From an uncultured Bacteroidales bacterium (GTDB lineage Bacteria > Bacteroidota > Bacteroidia > Bacteroidales > WCHB1-69): a stretch of 64,000 nucleotides of DNA. The notes under the pieces are model-generated. The model saw only the letters and a program-made list of their open reading frames with translations, did not search any database and had not been told where the DNA came from. The DNA lies in the NCBI GenBank assembly GCA_905233625.1, contig CAJOFJ010000004.1, positions 3,130-67,129 of the forward strand, in the 5' to 3' direction. The position numbers were made by a program, and so were the translations under genes. Shown here piece by piece: positions 47,728 through 59,221 of the stretch. How positions within the stretch are numbered: the first letter of the stretch is position 1; each line of letters begins with the position of its first letter.

Positions 47728-50364
47728 ATGAAAAAAATATTATGCCTTTTGGCTGTGGTTATGATTACAATCAGCACAATGGCGCAAAAGGTGACTGTGA
47801 ACGAGCATTCTTTGACCAATACCCTCAAAGAATTGAACTTGGAACTGAAGACTTTGTGTGATCAAATACCGGAGACACAACTACTTTTCGACAAAGATTG
47901 CGAGCAGGAGCAGCAGCGGTTAATCGATGTCATCACACAGACGAACAAACTCTCTATATTGCTCTATTCGCAGGAACAAAAGAGGACGTTTGACATGGCA
48001 TACGCCTTGAAGAAAGTGACGAACATCTATAATGATTTCAATCAAGGAATGCGACCGTATGACCAAATCATCAACGAATCGGATTTCAAAATAGAGCGTT
48101 ATGCACGTCTTATCGAGGCTCTCCGCCGTCTTCCGCCAGAGATAAACGAAATAGAGGTTGATATCGTGCCCGACAGTCTACTATACCATAATGACACATT
48201 AGATTTACATCTGTCGAATAACGAAACCTCCTTGGAAAGGGAAATTATACAGATAGCCATTAAGGATAGCACTACAGCTCCTTTTGTGTTAGACGAGGCA
48301 GGGAAACAGTATCGCAATTCTTGTATTCAATATGCCTGTGAATTGCTGAAATTGTATGCTGGGAATCGTGATGCAATCATGGCAGACAGCACACACTATA
48401 TGGAAGCGCTCTTACGCATAAAAGAGGTATATGATTACGCTGAAACCCAATATACCGAATTGGACCAATACGTTTTTTTCGATGGACAAACGCCTTATTG
48501 GGAGATTTTCTCCAATTTCAAATCCTATTGGCAAAAAATGAAAAAAGAGATGCGCAATGAGTATGATTTTGTTGCGCTACGTATGGCGAGAGCGGAAGAT
48601 GAAAAATATTTCAATAATGTATTCGGACGGGCAGAAAAAGCCTTTTCGGTAATTGCCTGTGCCATCCAATTAGGCACACTTTTCATTTTGTGGCTTTTGA
48701 CATTTGGAATTCTATGGTTGATAAATCGTTACAGCAAATTCAAAAAAAATATCCTAAAGAAGTCATTGCCGCTCTTTTCCGTATTAGTGAGTACCTTTTT
48801 GTATTTCTTGCTATTCGGCTATTTTTGGGAAGGAAGCGAGTATGTGCATTACGGTGTGAAAAACATCAACATCTTCCTTTGGCTGGTTGCGGCTATTTCC
48901 GCTTCCTTGCTACTTCGTGTCAAAGCCGACCAAATCCGTCACGGCTTTTGTCTTTATATTCCCACCATTCTGCTGGCATTATTCATCATCGTCTGCAAGA
49001 ACACTTTTATTCCTGACATTCTGTTGAACATTGTGTATACGCCTGTTCTATTGGTTGCTGTATTGGGACAATTATTCATTTGTCTGATAAAGAGAGGCAA
49101 GGCTACGCGAATAGACAGTATTCTCGGTTGGTGCTCATTAGCCGTCTATAGTTTCTCATTGATTATTTCGTCTTTAGGTTTTATTTTTTACGCCGTGATT
49201 GACTTGGTTTGGTGGTGTTTCTTGCTGGTGAGTTTGTCAACCATCTTCTGTATCTCGGATTTGATGGACCGTTACAAGCAAAAAAAGCTGGAAAAGCGTA
49301 TAGAGGTCAAGCGAAAACAAAACGCCGATATGTTTGGCGAAGATCGTGACATTTTGCTCTTCAGTGTCACATGGTTCCACGACCTCATCAAGCAGGTTGT
49401 TATTCCGGTTCTGGTATTGCTTGCCATACCAACTTGCATCCGTATATCTCTGGATATGTTTGATTTCACAGATCTCTTCAAAAAGTACTATTATGATCCT
49501 TTCTTTCAACTAACTGATGAGGCCACAGGGGTGTCCACGCTATGCGTGTCCGTCAAAAGCATTATCTATCTGTTAAGCCTATTCTTTATACTCCGTTACA
49601 TCAATCGCGTCATTCATGTCATTTGGCACGATATCCGATATTCGTCATTCATGCGCAAAAACAAACGCACCTACGTGCGCACCAACGAAATCAACCTGTC
49701 TATCGGGAACAGCATCCTCAGCACGATAATTTGGGCGATTTATGCCATTGCGGTGGTGGATGAACTGAAGATACCTACCGGCTCACTGGCATTGGTTGCC
49801 GGCGGTTTGTCAGCCGGTATCGGTATTGCCCTCAAGGATATCATCAATAACTTCATTTACGGCATTCAGCTGATGGGAGGACGTCTACGTGTCGGCGACT
49901 GGATCGAGTGCGAAGGGATGCGGGGAAGGGTTACCGGTATCAACTACCAATGCGTGCAGATGGAGACCATTGATGGCACCGAAATGTCCTTCTTGAATGA
50001 ATCTCTCTTCGGCAAGAATTTCAACAACCTTACCCGAAACAACTCGTATGAGTTAACCAAGATTGTGGTCGGTGTGGAATATGGCACCAATGTGGACAAA
50101 GTGCGCGAAGTCCTGGTGGAAGCGATGAAGCAAATGGATACCAAAGACAAATATGGACGCAATATTGTGGATCCGAAGAAAGGCATCTATGTAATATTGG
50201 ATAACATGAGCGACAGTTCCGTGGATATCGCCGTGAAACAATACGTGCTGGTTCCCGAGCAGATTGCTTACGTAGAACGTTCCAAGGAAATCATTTACAA
50301 TGCATTAAACAACGCGGGTATCACAATACCGTTCCCGCAATGCGATGTGCACATCAAAGAATAA
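47728..50364 (+). CDS. Large MscS-family mechanosensitive channel
   Basis: Signal peptide, helical periplasmic region, multiple TM, GGLSAGIGIALKDIINNF, RLRVGDWIE, VGVEYGT, ITIPFPQ. Confidence 0.88.
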   Translation: MKKILCLLAVVMITISTMAQKVTVNEHSLTNTLKELNLELKTLCDQIPETQLLFDKDCEQEQQRLIDVITQTNKLSILLYSQEQKRTFDMAYALKKVTNIYNDFNQGMRPYDQIINESDFKIERYARLIEALRRLPPEINEIEVDIVPDSLLYHNDTLDLHLSNNETSLEREIIQIAIKDSTTAPFVLDEAGKQYRNSCIQYACELLKLYAGNRDAIMADSTHYMEALLRIKEVYDYAETQYTELDQYVFFDGQTPYWEIFSNFKSYWQKMKKEMRNEYDFVALRMARAEDEKYFNNVFGRAEKAFSVIACAIQLGTLFILWLLTFGILWLINRYSKFKKNILKKSLPLFSVLVSTFLYFLLFGYFWEGSEYVHYGVKNINIFLWLVAAISASLLLRVKADQIRHGFCLYIPTILLALFIIVCKNTFIPDILLNIVYTPVLLVAVLGQLFICLIKRGKATRIDSILGWCSLAVYSFSLIISSLGFIFYAVIDLVWWCFLLVSLSTIFCISDLMDRYKQKKLEKRIEVKRKQNADMFGEDRDILLFSVTWFHDLIKQVVIPVLVLLAIPTCIRISLDMFDFTDLFKKYYYDPFFQLTDEATGVSTLCVSVKSIIYLLSLFFILRYINRVIHVIWHDIRYSSFMRKNKRTYVRTNEINLSIGNSILSTIIWAIYAIAVVDELKIPTGSLALVAGGLSAGIGIALKDIINNFIYGIQLMGGRLRVGDWIECEGMRGRVTGINYQCVQMETIDGTEMSFLNESLFGKNFNNLTRNNSYELTKIVVGVEYGTNVDKVREVLVEAMKQMDTKDKYGRNIVDPKKGIYVILDNMSDSSVDIAVKQYVLVPEQIAYVERSKEIIYNALNNAGITIPFPQCDVHIKE

Positions 50365-50368
50365 TATT

Positions 50369-50950
50369 ATGAATTTAAGATTCAAAGGAAAAGCCAAAAT
50401 TATTGACATAGCCATTGTATATTTGTGCATCATAGTTTCAGTCGGAACGATGATATATGCGATTTTCCATTTCGGTCTGAAGGAGTCGTGGGACGAGTTG
50501 ATACTCAACCTGTTCTACATCACCTGCCTGGTGTTGATCGCGATGTACTGCTTTAAGGTAGGTATCACCACAAACCAGTTTAACTATTGGTGCACCTTGT
50601 GTGTGGGCATCACCATACTGTTGCGCGACATTCTCTTTCCACCCCCAATGGTTAATTACCCTCTCCAGCTGGCCTGTCTCACACTGTCGGTGTGGCTAGT
50701 CCTCATGCTTACCTTCTTCTATGCGCGCAAGGAGTGGAAAACATACTCCAAACGAAATCTATGGATGATTTTTACCGTAGATTTGGTCATTGCGGCGCTT
50801 TACCACTACAATTTCTATCTTGAGACTACCACCGAAATCACCAACTATTTGATAGTCGAAATATGGATTCGCCCCACCATTACCTATGGACTAGTGGCTT
50901 GTTATGTAAGTAATACAGAAGAGGATAAGGAATCAATACAAAAATTATAG
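50369..50950 (+). CDS. Hypothetical membrane protein (~6 TM)
   Basis: Strongly hydrophobic ORF starting 4 nt after the mscS stop. Confidence 0.7.
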   Translation: MNLRFKGKAKIIDIAIVYLCIIVSVGTMIYAIFHFGLKESWDELILNLFYITCLVLIAMYCFKVGITTNQFNYWCTLCVGITILLRDILFPPPMVNYPLQLACLTLSVWLVLMLTFFYARKEWKTYSKRNLWMIFTVDLVIAALYHYNFYLETTTEITNYLIVEIWIRPTITYGLVACYVSNTEEDKESIQKL

Positions 50951-50993
50951 AAAAGAAATTTGATTTTCTGCCATAAACTAAAAACAATTTATA

Positions 50994-52612
50994 ATGAAAC
51001 AAACAATTATTCTTGGCAACATCATTACGATGGATGAAAAGAGGCCCTTTGCCAAGGCCGCATTAGTTAAGAACGGTGTATTTGCCCATATCGGCAGCGC
51101 AGAAGAAGCGAAGAAACTCGCGGATGCGGATGCACAGATACTGGATTATGGTGACAACTTCATCTATCCTGGCTTCATTGAGTCGCACTGTCACGGCAGC
51201 TTTGCCGGAGAACGTGCTATCGGACAGGCAAATTTGATGCAGGCAGGCTTAACCAATTATCCCAAATATCGTGAGATTATCAAGGAGTTTATTGCGAAGA
51301 ATCCACAGCGTGACTTCTATGTGGCTGCCGGTTGGGTGGAAAATGAAGAATACGTCGATAAGTCATTTCTTGACGAAATCTGTTCCGAAAAGCCGCTCTT
51401 TATGCAAACTGGCGGCGGACATTCTATGCTTCTCAACACAAAGGCAATGGAATGGGCAGGTGTTGACGCGGAGTATGCCAAGAAATGGGGTTATGACCTG
51501 GTTCACGTGGACAAGAATGGTGAACCTGACGGCTATCTCTGTGAAGGTCCTTTGTTCGAAATCGTACCAAAGTTGCCCACCACGGTGAGAGACATCAAGG
51601 AATATCTGCTCTCATGGCAGGATTATGCGTTCAGTAGAGGATATACAGCCGTTGGTGATGCTGGTGCGGAAGCTATACATCGCGCTGCTCCCCAGGCATA
51701 CTATGAGCTTCAGGAAGAAGGCAAGCTGAAGCTGCGCACCTATGCTTGGATGTATGTGACTGATAATGCCGACGCAAAGACAGAGATTGCCCGCATTGCT
51801 GCCCAGCGTGCTGAGATGAGTGGTGAGTATTTCCATATTGTCGGTGCTAAGGCTTTCCTTGACGGTGTGACCGAGGCGCATACGGGTTGGCAGAACCAAG
51901 ATTACCTTGACACACCTGGCTATCACGGAGCAGAGCGTTACAACGACCACGACAAGATGGTGCAGCTGATTGCAGAAGCCAACAAGGAGGGAATGTCCGT
52001 ACACGTTCACTCTGAAGGTGGTGGTGCTACACACTATATGTTGGGATGTATCGAGGATGCCGAAAAGATTACTGGCAATAAAGACCAGCGAAACGTTCTG
52101 GCTCACCTGCACTTCGTAACCGACGAGGACATCCGTCGCATGGCAGAAACCGGTTCGGTAGCAGCAGTTCCACCACTGTGGTCACCAGCCGTTCCGGGCG
52201 TTTATGATCAGGAAATAATATTTGTAGGTAAGGAATTGGCAGATCAGGCTTATCCTATCAAGTCATTCTATGATGCCGGAGCCAATGTTGTGTTCCACTC
52301 CGACTATCCCGTATCTCCAATGTTGGACATCAAGTTGAGCATTTATACGGCAGAGAAGCGTAATGTTCCAGCAGGATTCATGGGAATTGACGGTCTCAAA
52401 GCCCGTAATCTCAAGGAAGCTATCACCCGCGAGCAGTCGCTGCGTGCTATGACCATCAACGTGGCCCGTCAGTTCCATCAGGAGCATCGTCTGGGTTCTA
52501 TCGAGGTCGATAAGATTGCCAACATGACAGTATTCGACTGCGACTTCAAAAAGTCGCCCAGGCCAACCTCGTCGCCACCCTTGTTGATGGCGAAGAAGTT
52601 TACAAAGCGTAA
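50994..52612 (+). pseudogene. Metal-dependent amidohydrolase (Amidohydro_3, YtcJ/NfdA-like), frameshifted near 52547
   Basis: PGFIESHCH, KAFLDG, HVHSEG, LAHLH, HSDYP; the canonical C-terminus KVAQANLVATLVDGEEVYKA* is in another frame ending at 52612. Confidence 0.85.
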
Positions 52613-52657
52613 TTTCCGAAATAAATATCATAAAAAAAACACCTGAACATCATAAAA

Positions 52658-54295
52658 ATGAAAGTAGATAAAATCATTAAAAACGCAAAAATCTTCACAT
52701 CGGACAAAAACAATCCGATGGCAACTTCACTTGTGGTGAAAGACGGCAAGTTCGTCTATGTGGGCGATTACGAGGGCGACATTATCGACCTGGGCGGCAA
52801 ATTTATTATGCCCGGCATCATCGACAGCCATGTGCATATAACCATTCCCGTAGGTTTTGAGTACGCCCCTATGGGAGAGCGGATTGAGCCAAACGGCAAG
52901 CAGGATGCTCTGGATGTGATGGCGGACTATATCAAGAAGCATCCCGGCGAGAAGCGTTACAGATTCCTTATGGAGAAAAGATTCCTCAAAGGTGAGGATA
53001 TCGTAAAAGAGGAACTTGACGCCATCTGTCCGGATGCCGAGTTGCAGATTCAGGAAGGGGAAGGACACAGCATCTGGGTGAATTCCAAGATTCTTCAAAG
53101 GCACGGTATTACAGACGACACACCGGATCCTATACCGGGACTGGCGTTTTACGTGCGTAAGGACGGACATGTGACCGGAAATATGTATGAGGGCGCAACG
53201 GAAGTCCATATCATTCTGGACGGCGGGATGGGACTGACCGATGAACAGATTGACACGGCGCTTCAGCGTTGGATCGATTTTTCTGTTGAACACGGAGTTA
53301 CTGCGGTATTCGATGCCGGACTTCCGGGGGATATGCAGTTCCATGAGAAAGTCTATAAGCGTCTGGTTGAACTGGATAAGCAGGGAAAGTTGCCCGTTTA
53401 TATTGACGGCAGCCTTGTGGTCAACGCGGAGCGAGATGCAGAGGAGGGCCTGAAGGAACTGAAGCGCATACAGCGTGAGTATAACACGGAGCACCTGAAA
53501 GTTCATACCATGAAGATTTTCATGGACGGAACCCAGAAAATCCATACTGCGGCTATGGTCACGCCATACGTGGATGTCCATACGACGGGATCTACTGCTT
53601 TTTCCGCGGAAGGAATCGCAAAGCTTTTGAAAAATCTCAATGACGAGAATCTGGATCTTCATCTTCACACCGTGGGTGAGCGTGCGTCACGCACGGTATT
53701 GGATGGCGTAGAGATGGCCAAAAAGGAGATGGGTGACAACCTCCACGTAAGAGTTACCTGCGCCCATCTTGAAATTGAGTGCGACGATGATCTGGATCGT
53801 TTCGCCAAGCTCGGCGTATTCGCCAACTTTACGCCGCACTGGCACTCCGGAGACCCCGCCATTGCGGCTACCTGGCTGGGTATGGACCGTGCCTGTAAGA
53901 TGTTCCGCTGCAAAACGGTATGGGACAGCGGTGCCAACGTGGCCTGGTCCAGCGACAATATCGTCTTTATGGATTTCACCACCTGGAACCCCTACTTAGG
54001 CATGGAGGTGGGAATGACCCGCTGGATTACCGAAAAGACCAAGGATTACCCATTCACCGTAGCGGCCAAAGTATTACCGCCTGAGAGTGAGAGGATGAGC
54101 ATTGAAGAAATGCTCATAGGCTATACCATCAACGGCGCCAAACAGCTTGGCATTGAGGCGAAAAAAGGCTCCATCGAAGTCGGCAAGGATGCGGACTTCT
54201 TGGTGTTCGACAAGGACCTCCTGACAGCAGAGAAGGAAGGTTTCAGCTACAACAAGCCAACTGATGTATACATTGGTGGAAATAAAATGAAATAA
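52658..54295 (+). CDS. Metal-dependent amidohydrolase (Amidohydro_3, YtcJ/NfdA-like), second copy
   Basis: PGIIDSHVH, KIFMDG, HLHTVG, CAHLE, WSSDN, GSIEVGKDADF. Confidence 0.9.
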   Translation: MKVDKIIKNAKIFTSDKNNPMATSLVVKDGKFVYVGDYEGDIIDLGGKFIMPGIIDSHVHITIPVGFEYAPMGERIEPNGKQDALDVMADYIKKHPGEKRYRFLMEKRFLKGEDIVKEELDAICPDAELQIQEGEGHSIWVNSKILQRHGITDDTPDPIPGLAFYVRKDGHVTGNMYEGATEVHIILDGGMGLTDEQIDTALQRWIDFSVEHGVTAVFDAGLPGDMQFHEKVYKRLVELDKQGKLPVYIDGSLVVNAERDAEEGLKELKRIQREYNTEHLKVHTMKIFMDGTQKIHTAAMVTPYVDVHTTGSTAFSAEGIAKLLKNLNDENLDLHLHTVGERASRTVLDGVEMAKKEMGDNLHVRVTCAHLEIECDDDLDRFAKLGVFANFTPHWHSGDPAIAATWLGMDRACKMFRCKTVWDSGANVAWSSDNIVFMDFTTWNPYLGMEVGMTRWITEKTKDYPFTVAAKVLPPESERMSIEEMLIGYTINGAKQLGIEAKKGSIEVGKDADFLVFDKDLLTAEKEGFSYNKPTDVYIGGNKMK

Positions 54296-54320
54296 CTTAA
54301 AAGATAAGAAGAATAAAACT

Positions 54321-55916
54321 ATGAGTGAACAAAAAGACCTTTTAACCAAAGCAAGAGAATTCATGGAATCTCAGTACGGCGGCGAGAACAAACAGATTAC
54401 CGACGGTAATTATGACCAGTCGCTGGCCGTCAAGTGTATCAATGGTACTTTCGTCGGCAGGAAGACGGAGAATATCGCTGTATTCAGAGGTATCCCGTAT
54501 GTCGGCAAACAACCCGTCGGGGATCTGCGCTGGAAAGCCCCAGTGGACGTTACCCCGAACGACGGCGTCTATGAGGCCTACTACAATGCGAAAAGTGCTT
54601 ACGGCAATGCGTCTTTTGAAGTAGGTTCAATGTACTATTGGGATGAAGACTGCCTGTATCTGAATGTATTCAAGGCTGATGATGCGTCTGCCGCGAAGAA
54701 ACCGGTTATGGTATGGATTCACGGCGGCGCTTTTGAGGCAGGCGGAACCATCGACCCGATGTTTGACTGCATCAATCTCGTGAAAGAAAACCCAGATGTC
54801 ATTGTTGTTACCATTGCTTACAGACTTGGCGTTATGGGTTTCTTGCATCTGTCCCACCTGTCGGACGGCAAGGATTACCAAGATTCACAGAACTTGGGTC
54901 TCCTGGATCAGGTGAAAGCACTGAAATGGGTTCACGAGAATATCGCAGGCTTCGGCGGCGACCCCGACAACGTGACCATCTTCGGTGAATCCGCAGGTGC
55001 TGCAAGCTGTACCCTACTGCCGCTGATTCCTGGCTCCCATCAGTATTTCAAGCGGCTTATTGCTGAGAGCGGTTCCGTCAACCAGACAAGATCCCCGGAA
55101 GAAGGTATCGCATGTACCAATAAACTGATGGAAGTGCTCGGCTGCAAGACTGTTGCCGATCTCTTGAAGGTCGATGGCGAAAAGCTCTTGGAAGCTTCTG
55201 CGGTAAACTTTGTACACCAGATACCCGAAAGAGACGGGAAATATCTGCCCACAGATACTTTTGCTGCATACGGCAACGGTGCAGCGAAGGACTTGGAAAT
55301 TCTTGTGGGTTGCAACAAGGATGAAATGGACTTTTTCGTGTCCAGTTTCGGACAGGAAGGTTGGGATAAGTGGATTGCTGAACGCAAAAAGGAGAAGTTT
55401 GACCAATTGCCAGCTGAAGAGAAAGCGCTGGTCGAGAGCTACATGAGAGATGTTAAGGGAGACTACTACGAGCCCGACAGTCGCGTGTTCAGCCAGAGTT
55501 GGTTTAATGTTCCGATCATCAGGATTTCAGAGGAACAGACCAAAGCCGGTGGCAAATGTTTCACCTATTACTTTACGCCCGAGTCGCCCGATCCGGTTAT
55601 GAAATGCGGACATGCCATCGAGCTTTCGGTGGTATTCAATCATCCAGAGATGACTGCTGACACGGGAAGGGCATTCGACGAAACCTTCTGCAAGACCATG
55701 CGCAAGATGTGGGTGCAGTTTGCCAAGACCGGCAATCCATCGCTCTGCGCGAATACTTCTCCTGACGGCAAAGCCAAGGAGTGGCCGCTCTACGACTTGG
55801 AGAACAAGCGAGTGATGGTACTCGACGAATTCGACATCCATCCAGCAATGGAATCGGAAGTAAAGATTGTGGATTGGGAGAGAACCTATTTCCTGACTAA
55901 ATATTACATGCTATAA
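54321..55916 (+). CDS. Type-B carboxylesterase/lipase, copy 1
   Basis: EDCLYLNV, PVMVWIHGG, FGGDPDNVTIFGESAG, GCNKDE, GHAIEL. Confidence 0.93.
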   Translation: MSEQKDLLTKAREFMESQYGGENKQITDGNYDQSLAVKCINGTFVGRKTENIAVFRGIPYVGKQPVGDLRWKAPVDVTPNDGVYEAYYNAKSAYGNASFEVGSMYYWDEDCLYLNVFKADDASAAKKPVMVWIHGGAFEAGGTIDPMFDCINLVKENPDVIVVTIAYRLGVMGFLHLSHLSDGKDYQDSQNLGLLDQVKALKWVHENIAGFGGDPDNVTIFGESAGAASCTLLPLIPGSHQYFKRLIAESGSVNQTRSPEEGIACTNKLMEVLGCKTVADLLKVDGEKLLEASAVNFVHQIPERDGKYLPTDTFAAYGNGAAKDLEILVGCNKDEMDFFVSSFGQEGWDKWIAERKKEKFDQLPAEEKALVESYMRDVKGDYYEPDSRVFSQSWFNVPIIRISEEQTKAGGKCFTYYFTPESPDPVMKCGHAIELSVVFNHPEMTADTGRAFDETFCKTMRKMWVQFAKTGNPSLCANTSPDGKAKEWPLYDLENKRVMVLDEFDIHPAMESEVKIVDWERTYFLTKYYML

Positions 55917-55948
55917 CACACTACTCATAACTAAATAGAATAAAAACA

Positions 55949-57505
55949 ATGAATGAAGTAGAACAACTGACAGCACAATACGGTAAGAACCAAAAGATAA
56001 CCGACGGCAATTACGACCATTCACTGGCCGTCAAGTGCGTCAACGGAACCTTCGTTGGCGAGAAGACGGAGAATATCATTTCCTACAAGGGCATTCCGTT
56101 TGTAGGAGAGCAACCTGTGGGCAAGCTGCGCTGGAAGGCGCCAGTGGACTATACGCCTGACAACAGCGTGTATGAGGCCTATCATTATGGGAAAGCATCC
56201 TGCCAAGATAAAGATCTGATTCCCCATCAGGGTGAAGACTGCCTGTATCTGAACGTATGGAAAGCGGAAGATGCCTCTGCCGTGAAAAAACCAGTTATGG
56301 TATGGATTCACGGTGGCGCTTTTATATCAGGAGGAGCGAACATAGAACTATTTGATTGCACCAATTTAATAAAAGAAAATCCAGATATAATCGCCGTTGC
56401 CCTCCAGTACAGGCTCGGTGTTATGGGCTTCTTGCATCTGTCCCATCTGAGTGACGGCAAGGACTATCCTGACGCACAGAATCTCGGACTGCTGGACCAA
56501 AAGATGGCTTTCAAATGGATTCATGAGAATATCGCGGCTTTCGGCGGCGACCCCGACAACGTGACCATCTGGGGTGAATCTGCCGGTGCCGGAAGCGTGA
56601 CCATGCAGCCGCTGATCAATGGCTCCCAACAGTATTTCAAGAAAGTCATCGCCCAAAGCGGTGCCCCCTCACAGACGAATTCCGTGGAAGAGTCTATCGC
56701 TACTACCAACGATTTGATGAAGGCCCTCGGCTGCAAGACCGTTGCCGACCTGATGAAGGTCGATGCCCGGACGTTGGTGGATACCGCAGCATCCGCAATC
56801 GCATTGCGCGTCTTCCCCGTCAGAGACGGACGTATCTTGCCTTTGGATCCGTGGGAAGCGTACATCAATGGCGCAGCCAAGGACATCACTTTCCTTCAGG
56901 GCTGCAACAAGGATGAAATGAATTGCTTCGTGGCAGACTGGACTGTGGAGGTGTTCAAGGCGTGGGCCGCTGACCGCAAAACGAAGAAGTATGCCCAGCT
57001 GCTGACGGATGAAGAAAGAGCGAAGATAGAGAGCTTCTGCAAGGAAGGCGCGGTAGAGGATTGGGATCCCGACAGCCGTCTGTTCGGCCATAGTTGGTTT
57101 ATCGACGGTGCTATTAAAATGTCGGAGTGCCAGACCATGGGTGGCGGCAAGTCTTACACCTATTTTTATAGGGTGGAATCTTCTAATCCGATACGGAAAA
57201 GTGCACATTTCGAAGAGGTTCCCATCGTATTCGCTCATCCGGAACAGATCGAAGGCAGACCATATGACGAAACCTTCTCGAAGACCATGCGCAAGATGTG
57301 GGTGCAGTTCGCCAAGACCGGCAATCCGTCCCTCAGCGCTGAAATTTCTCCCGACGGCAAAGCAAAAGAGTGGCCACTCTACGACCTGAAGGACAAGAAA
57401 GTGATGGTCTTTGACGAGTTCGACATCCATACGGCAAAAGAATCCGAGGTAAAGATTGTAGATTGGGACAGAACCTATTTCCTGACCAAATATTATATGT
57501 TGTAA
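55949..57505 (+). CDS. Type-B carboxylesterase/lipase, copy 2
   Basis: EDCLYLNV, WIHGG, GESAG, GCNKDE, AHFEEV. Confidence 0.93.
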   Translation: MNEVEQLTAQYGKNQKITDGNYDHSLAVKCVNGTFVGEKTENIISYKGIPFVGEQPVGKLRWKAPVDYTPDNSVYEAYHYGKASCQDKDLIPHQGEDCLYLNVWKAEDASAVKKPVMVWIHGGAFISGGANIELFDCTNLIKENPDIIAVALQYRLGVMGFLHLSHLSDGKDYPDAQNLGLLDQKMAFKWIHENIAAFGGDPDNVTIWGESAGAGSVTMQPLINGSQQYFKKVIAQSGAPSQTNSVEESIATTNDLMKALGCKTVADLMKVDARTLVDTAASAIALRVFPVRDGRILPLDPWEAYINGAAKDITFLQGCNKDEMNCFVADWTVEVFKAWAADRKTKKYAQLLTDEERAKIESFCKEGAVEDWDPDSRLFGHSWFIDGAIKMSECQTMGGGKSYTYFYRVESSNPIRKSAHFEEVPIVFAHPEQIEGRPYDETFSKTMRKMWVQFAKTGNPSLSAEISPDGKAKEWPLYDLKDKKVMVFDEFDIHTAKESEVKIVDWDRTYFLTKYYML

Positions 57506-57548
57506 AATATATCACAAATTGAAAATAGTAAAGAAGGATAATAAAACA

Positions 57549-59135
57549 ATGAATGAATTGAAAAACGAAAACATGCCGATTACTGACGGCAATTACGATA
57601 AGTCGCTGGCGGTAAAGTGCGTCAACGGCACTTTCGTCGGTAAGAAGACAGCTGAGCTGATTATCTGGAAGGGAATCCCCTACGCAACTCAGCCGGTGGG
57701 AAAGCTTCGTTGGAAGAAGGCACTTCCTGCCACAGACGATGACGGCGTGTACGAAGCGACAAATCCTGGCCATGTTCCTATCGGGCCACTGAACGACTCG
57801 ATGGGAACGGCGGAGTTCGGCGAGGATTGCCTCGTGCTGAACATATATTGCAATACCCGCTGCACTGACAGCAAGAAGCCAGTCATGGTGTGGATTCACG
57901 GCGGTGGGTTCTGCGCCGAATCCCAAGCGTCGCCCCTCTACGACCTTACCAACATCTCCAAACAGTACCCCGACATCCTGTTCGTGTCCATCGACTACCG
58001 GCTCGGCTTCATGGGATTCATGAACTTCGAGCGGGTTCCGGGCGGAGAGAACTTCAAGGAGGCAGGCAACCTCGGTCTGCTCGACCAGCTTGAGGCCCTC
58101 AGGTGGGTACAGAAAAACATCGCCGGGTTTGGCGGCGATCCGGACAATGTGACGATTTTCGGTGAGTCAGCAGGCTCGGCAAGCGTCACATTCCTCCCAC
58201 TCATCAATGGAAGCGAAGGGCTCTTCAAGAGATGCATCGCACAGAGTGCCAATATCGCCTACTGTGACACGATGGAGCACGGCATTCACGTCACGCAGAA
58301 CTTTCTGACCGCAACGGGTTGCCAGACCATGGACGAATTAATGGAACTCACCACCGAGGAGCTTGTAGATGCCTATATGAAAGCGTATGCCATAGACAAG
58401 AACTGCCTTCTCGGAGGTGCCAACTTCCCACTCCTCGACGGCGTCACGTTGCCCGAAGATCGAGCAGTCATGTACGGGATGTGGGGAGACGAGAAGAGAT
58501 CCAAAATCGATTTGATAATTGGGTCTAACCTGGACGAAATCAGGTACTTCGTTCCACTCGAAGGCGGTGAAGAAGGCTTCGCGAATACGCTGAGATGGAT
58601 TGCGAAGAGGGATCGCGCACTGCTCAACGACCAGGAAAAGGCCATGTATGACGAGTTCATGGCCACGCTCGCAAACGAAAGCGAGGGGAGCAGGTTGGAG
58701 CAATACTGTAACGACATCAACTTCCGCGCTGGTAACACCAATATGGCCATCAGGCACGCTGCCGCCGGCGGCAACACCTACATGTATTTCATCAAGAAGC
58801 CGGTGACAACCCCCGAGCTTGGTGCGGTACACGCAGCAGAGATTCCGTACCTGTTCGACAATTGCATTCTGGACCCGATGGGAAGCGGAAAGATCGTTTC
58901 GAACGAAGAGTGCGAGTTCCGCCATGTTGTAAAGGAAATGTGGGCCAACTTCGCCCGGACAGGTAACCCCTCCACCGACAAATACGAGTGGAAGAAGTTC
59001 TCGGGAGACGACCGCCAGACGATGGTCTTCGACGATGCCATCGGCATGCAGAAGGATCTGTTCGGAAGGCGAGAGGACCTGATGATGTCCTGGTCAGAGC
59101 GCCTTGGGAACGGGTCGTCCAAAAGGGTATGCTAG
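57549..59135 (+). CDS. Type-B carboxylesterase/lipase, copy 3
   Basis: EDCLVLNI, WIHGGG, GESAG, GSNLDE, VHAAEI; likely start ATG 57549. Confidence 0.93.
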   Translation: MNELKNENMPITDGNYDKSLAVKCVNGTFVGKKTAELIIWKGIPYATQPVGKLRWKKALPATDDDGVYEATNPGHVPIGPLNDSMGTAEFGEDCLVLNIYCNTRCTDSKKPVMVWIHGGGFCAESQASPLYDLTNISKQYPDILFVSIDYRLGFMGFMNFERVPGGENFKEAGNLGLLDQLEALRWVQKNIAGFGGDPDNVTIFGESAGSASVTFLPLINGSEGLFKRCIAQSANIAYCDTMEHGIHVTQNFLTATGCQTMDELMELTTEELVDAYMKAYAIDKNCLLGGANFPLLDGVTLPEDRAVMYGMWGDEKRSKIDLIIGSNLDEIRYFVPLEGGEEGFANTLRWIAKRDRALLNDQEKAMYDEFMATLANESEGSRLEQYCNDINFRAGNTNMAIRHAAAGGNTYMYFIKKPVTTPELGAVHAAEIPYLFDNCILDPMGSGKIVSNEECEFRHVVKEMWANFARTGNPSTDKYEWKKFSGDDRQTMVFDDAIGMQKDLFGRREDLMMSWSERLGNGSSKRVC

Positions 59136-59221
59136 TCAAAAAATGATGTAGTTTAGTTTTGAACAGTTACTTGTCTATTAAAAACAAAAATCTCAAATAA
59201 AAAAAATAGGAGAACAAAATA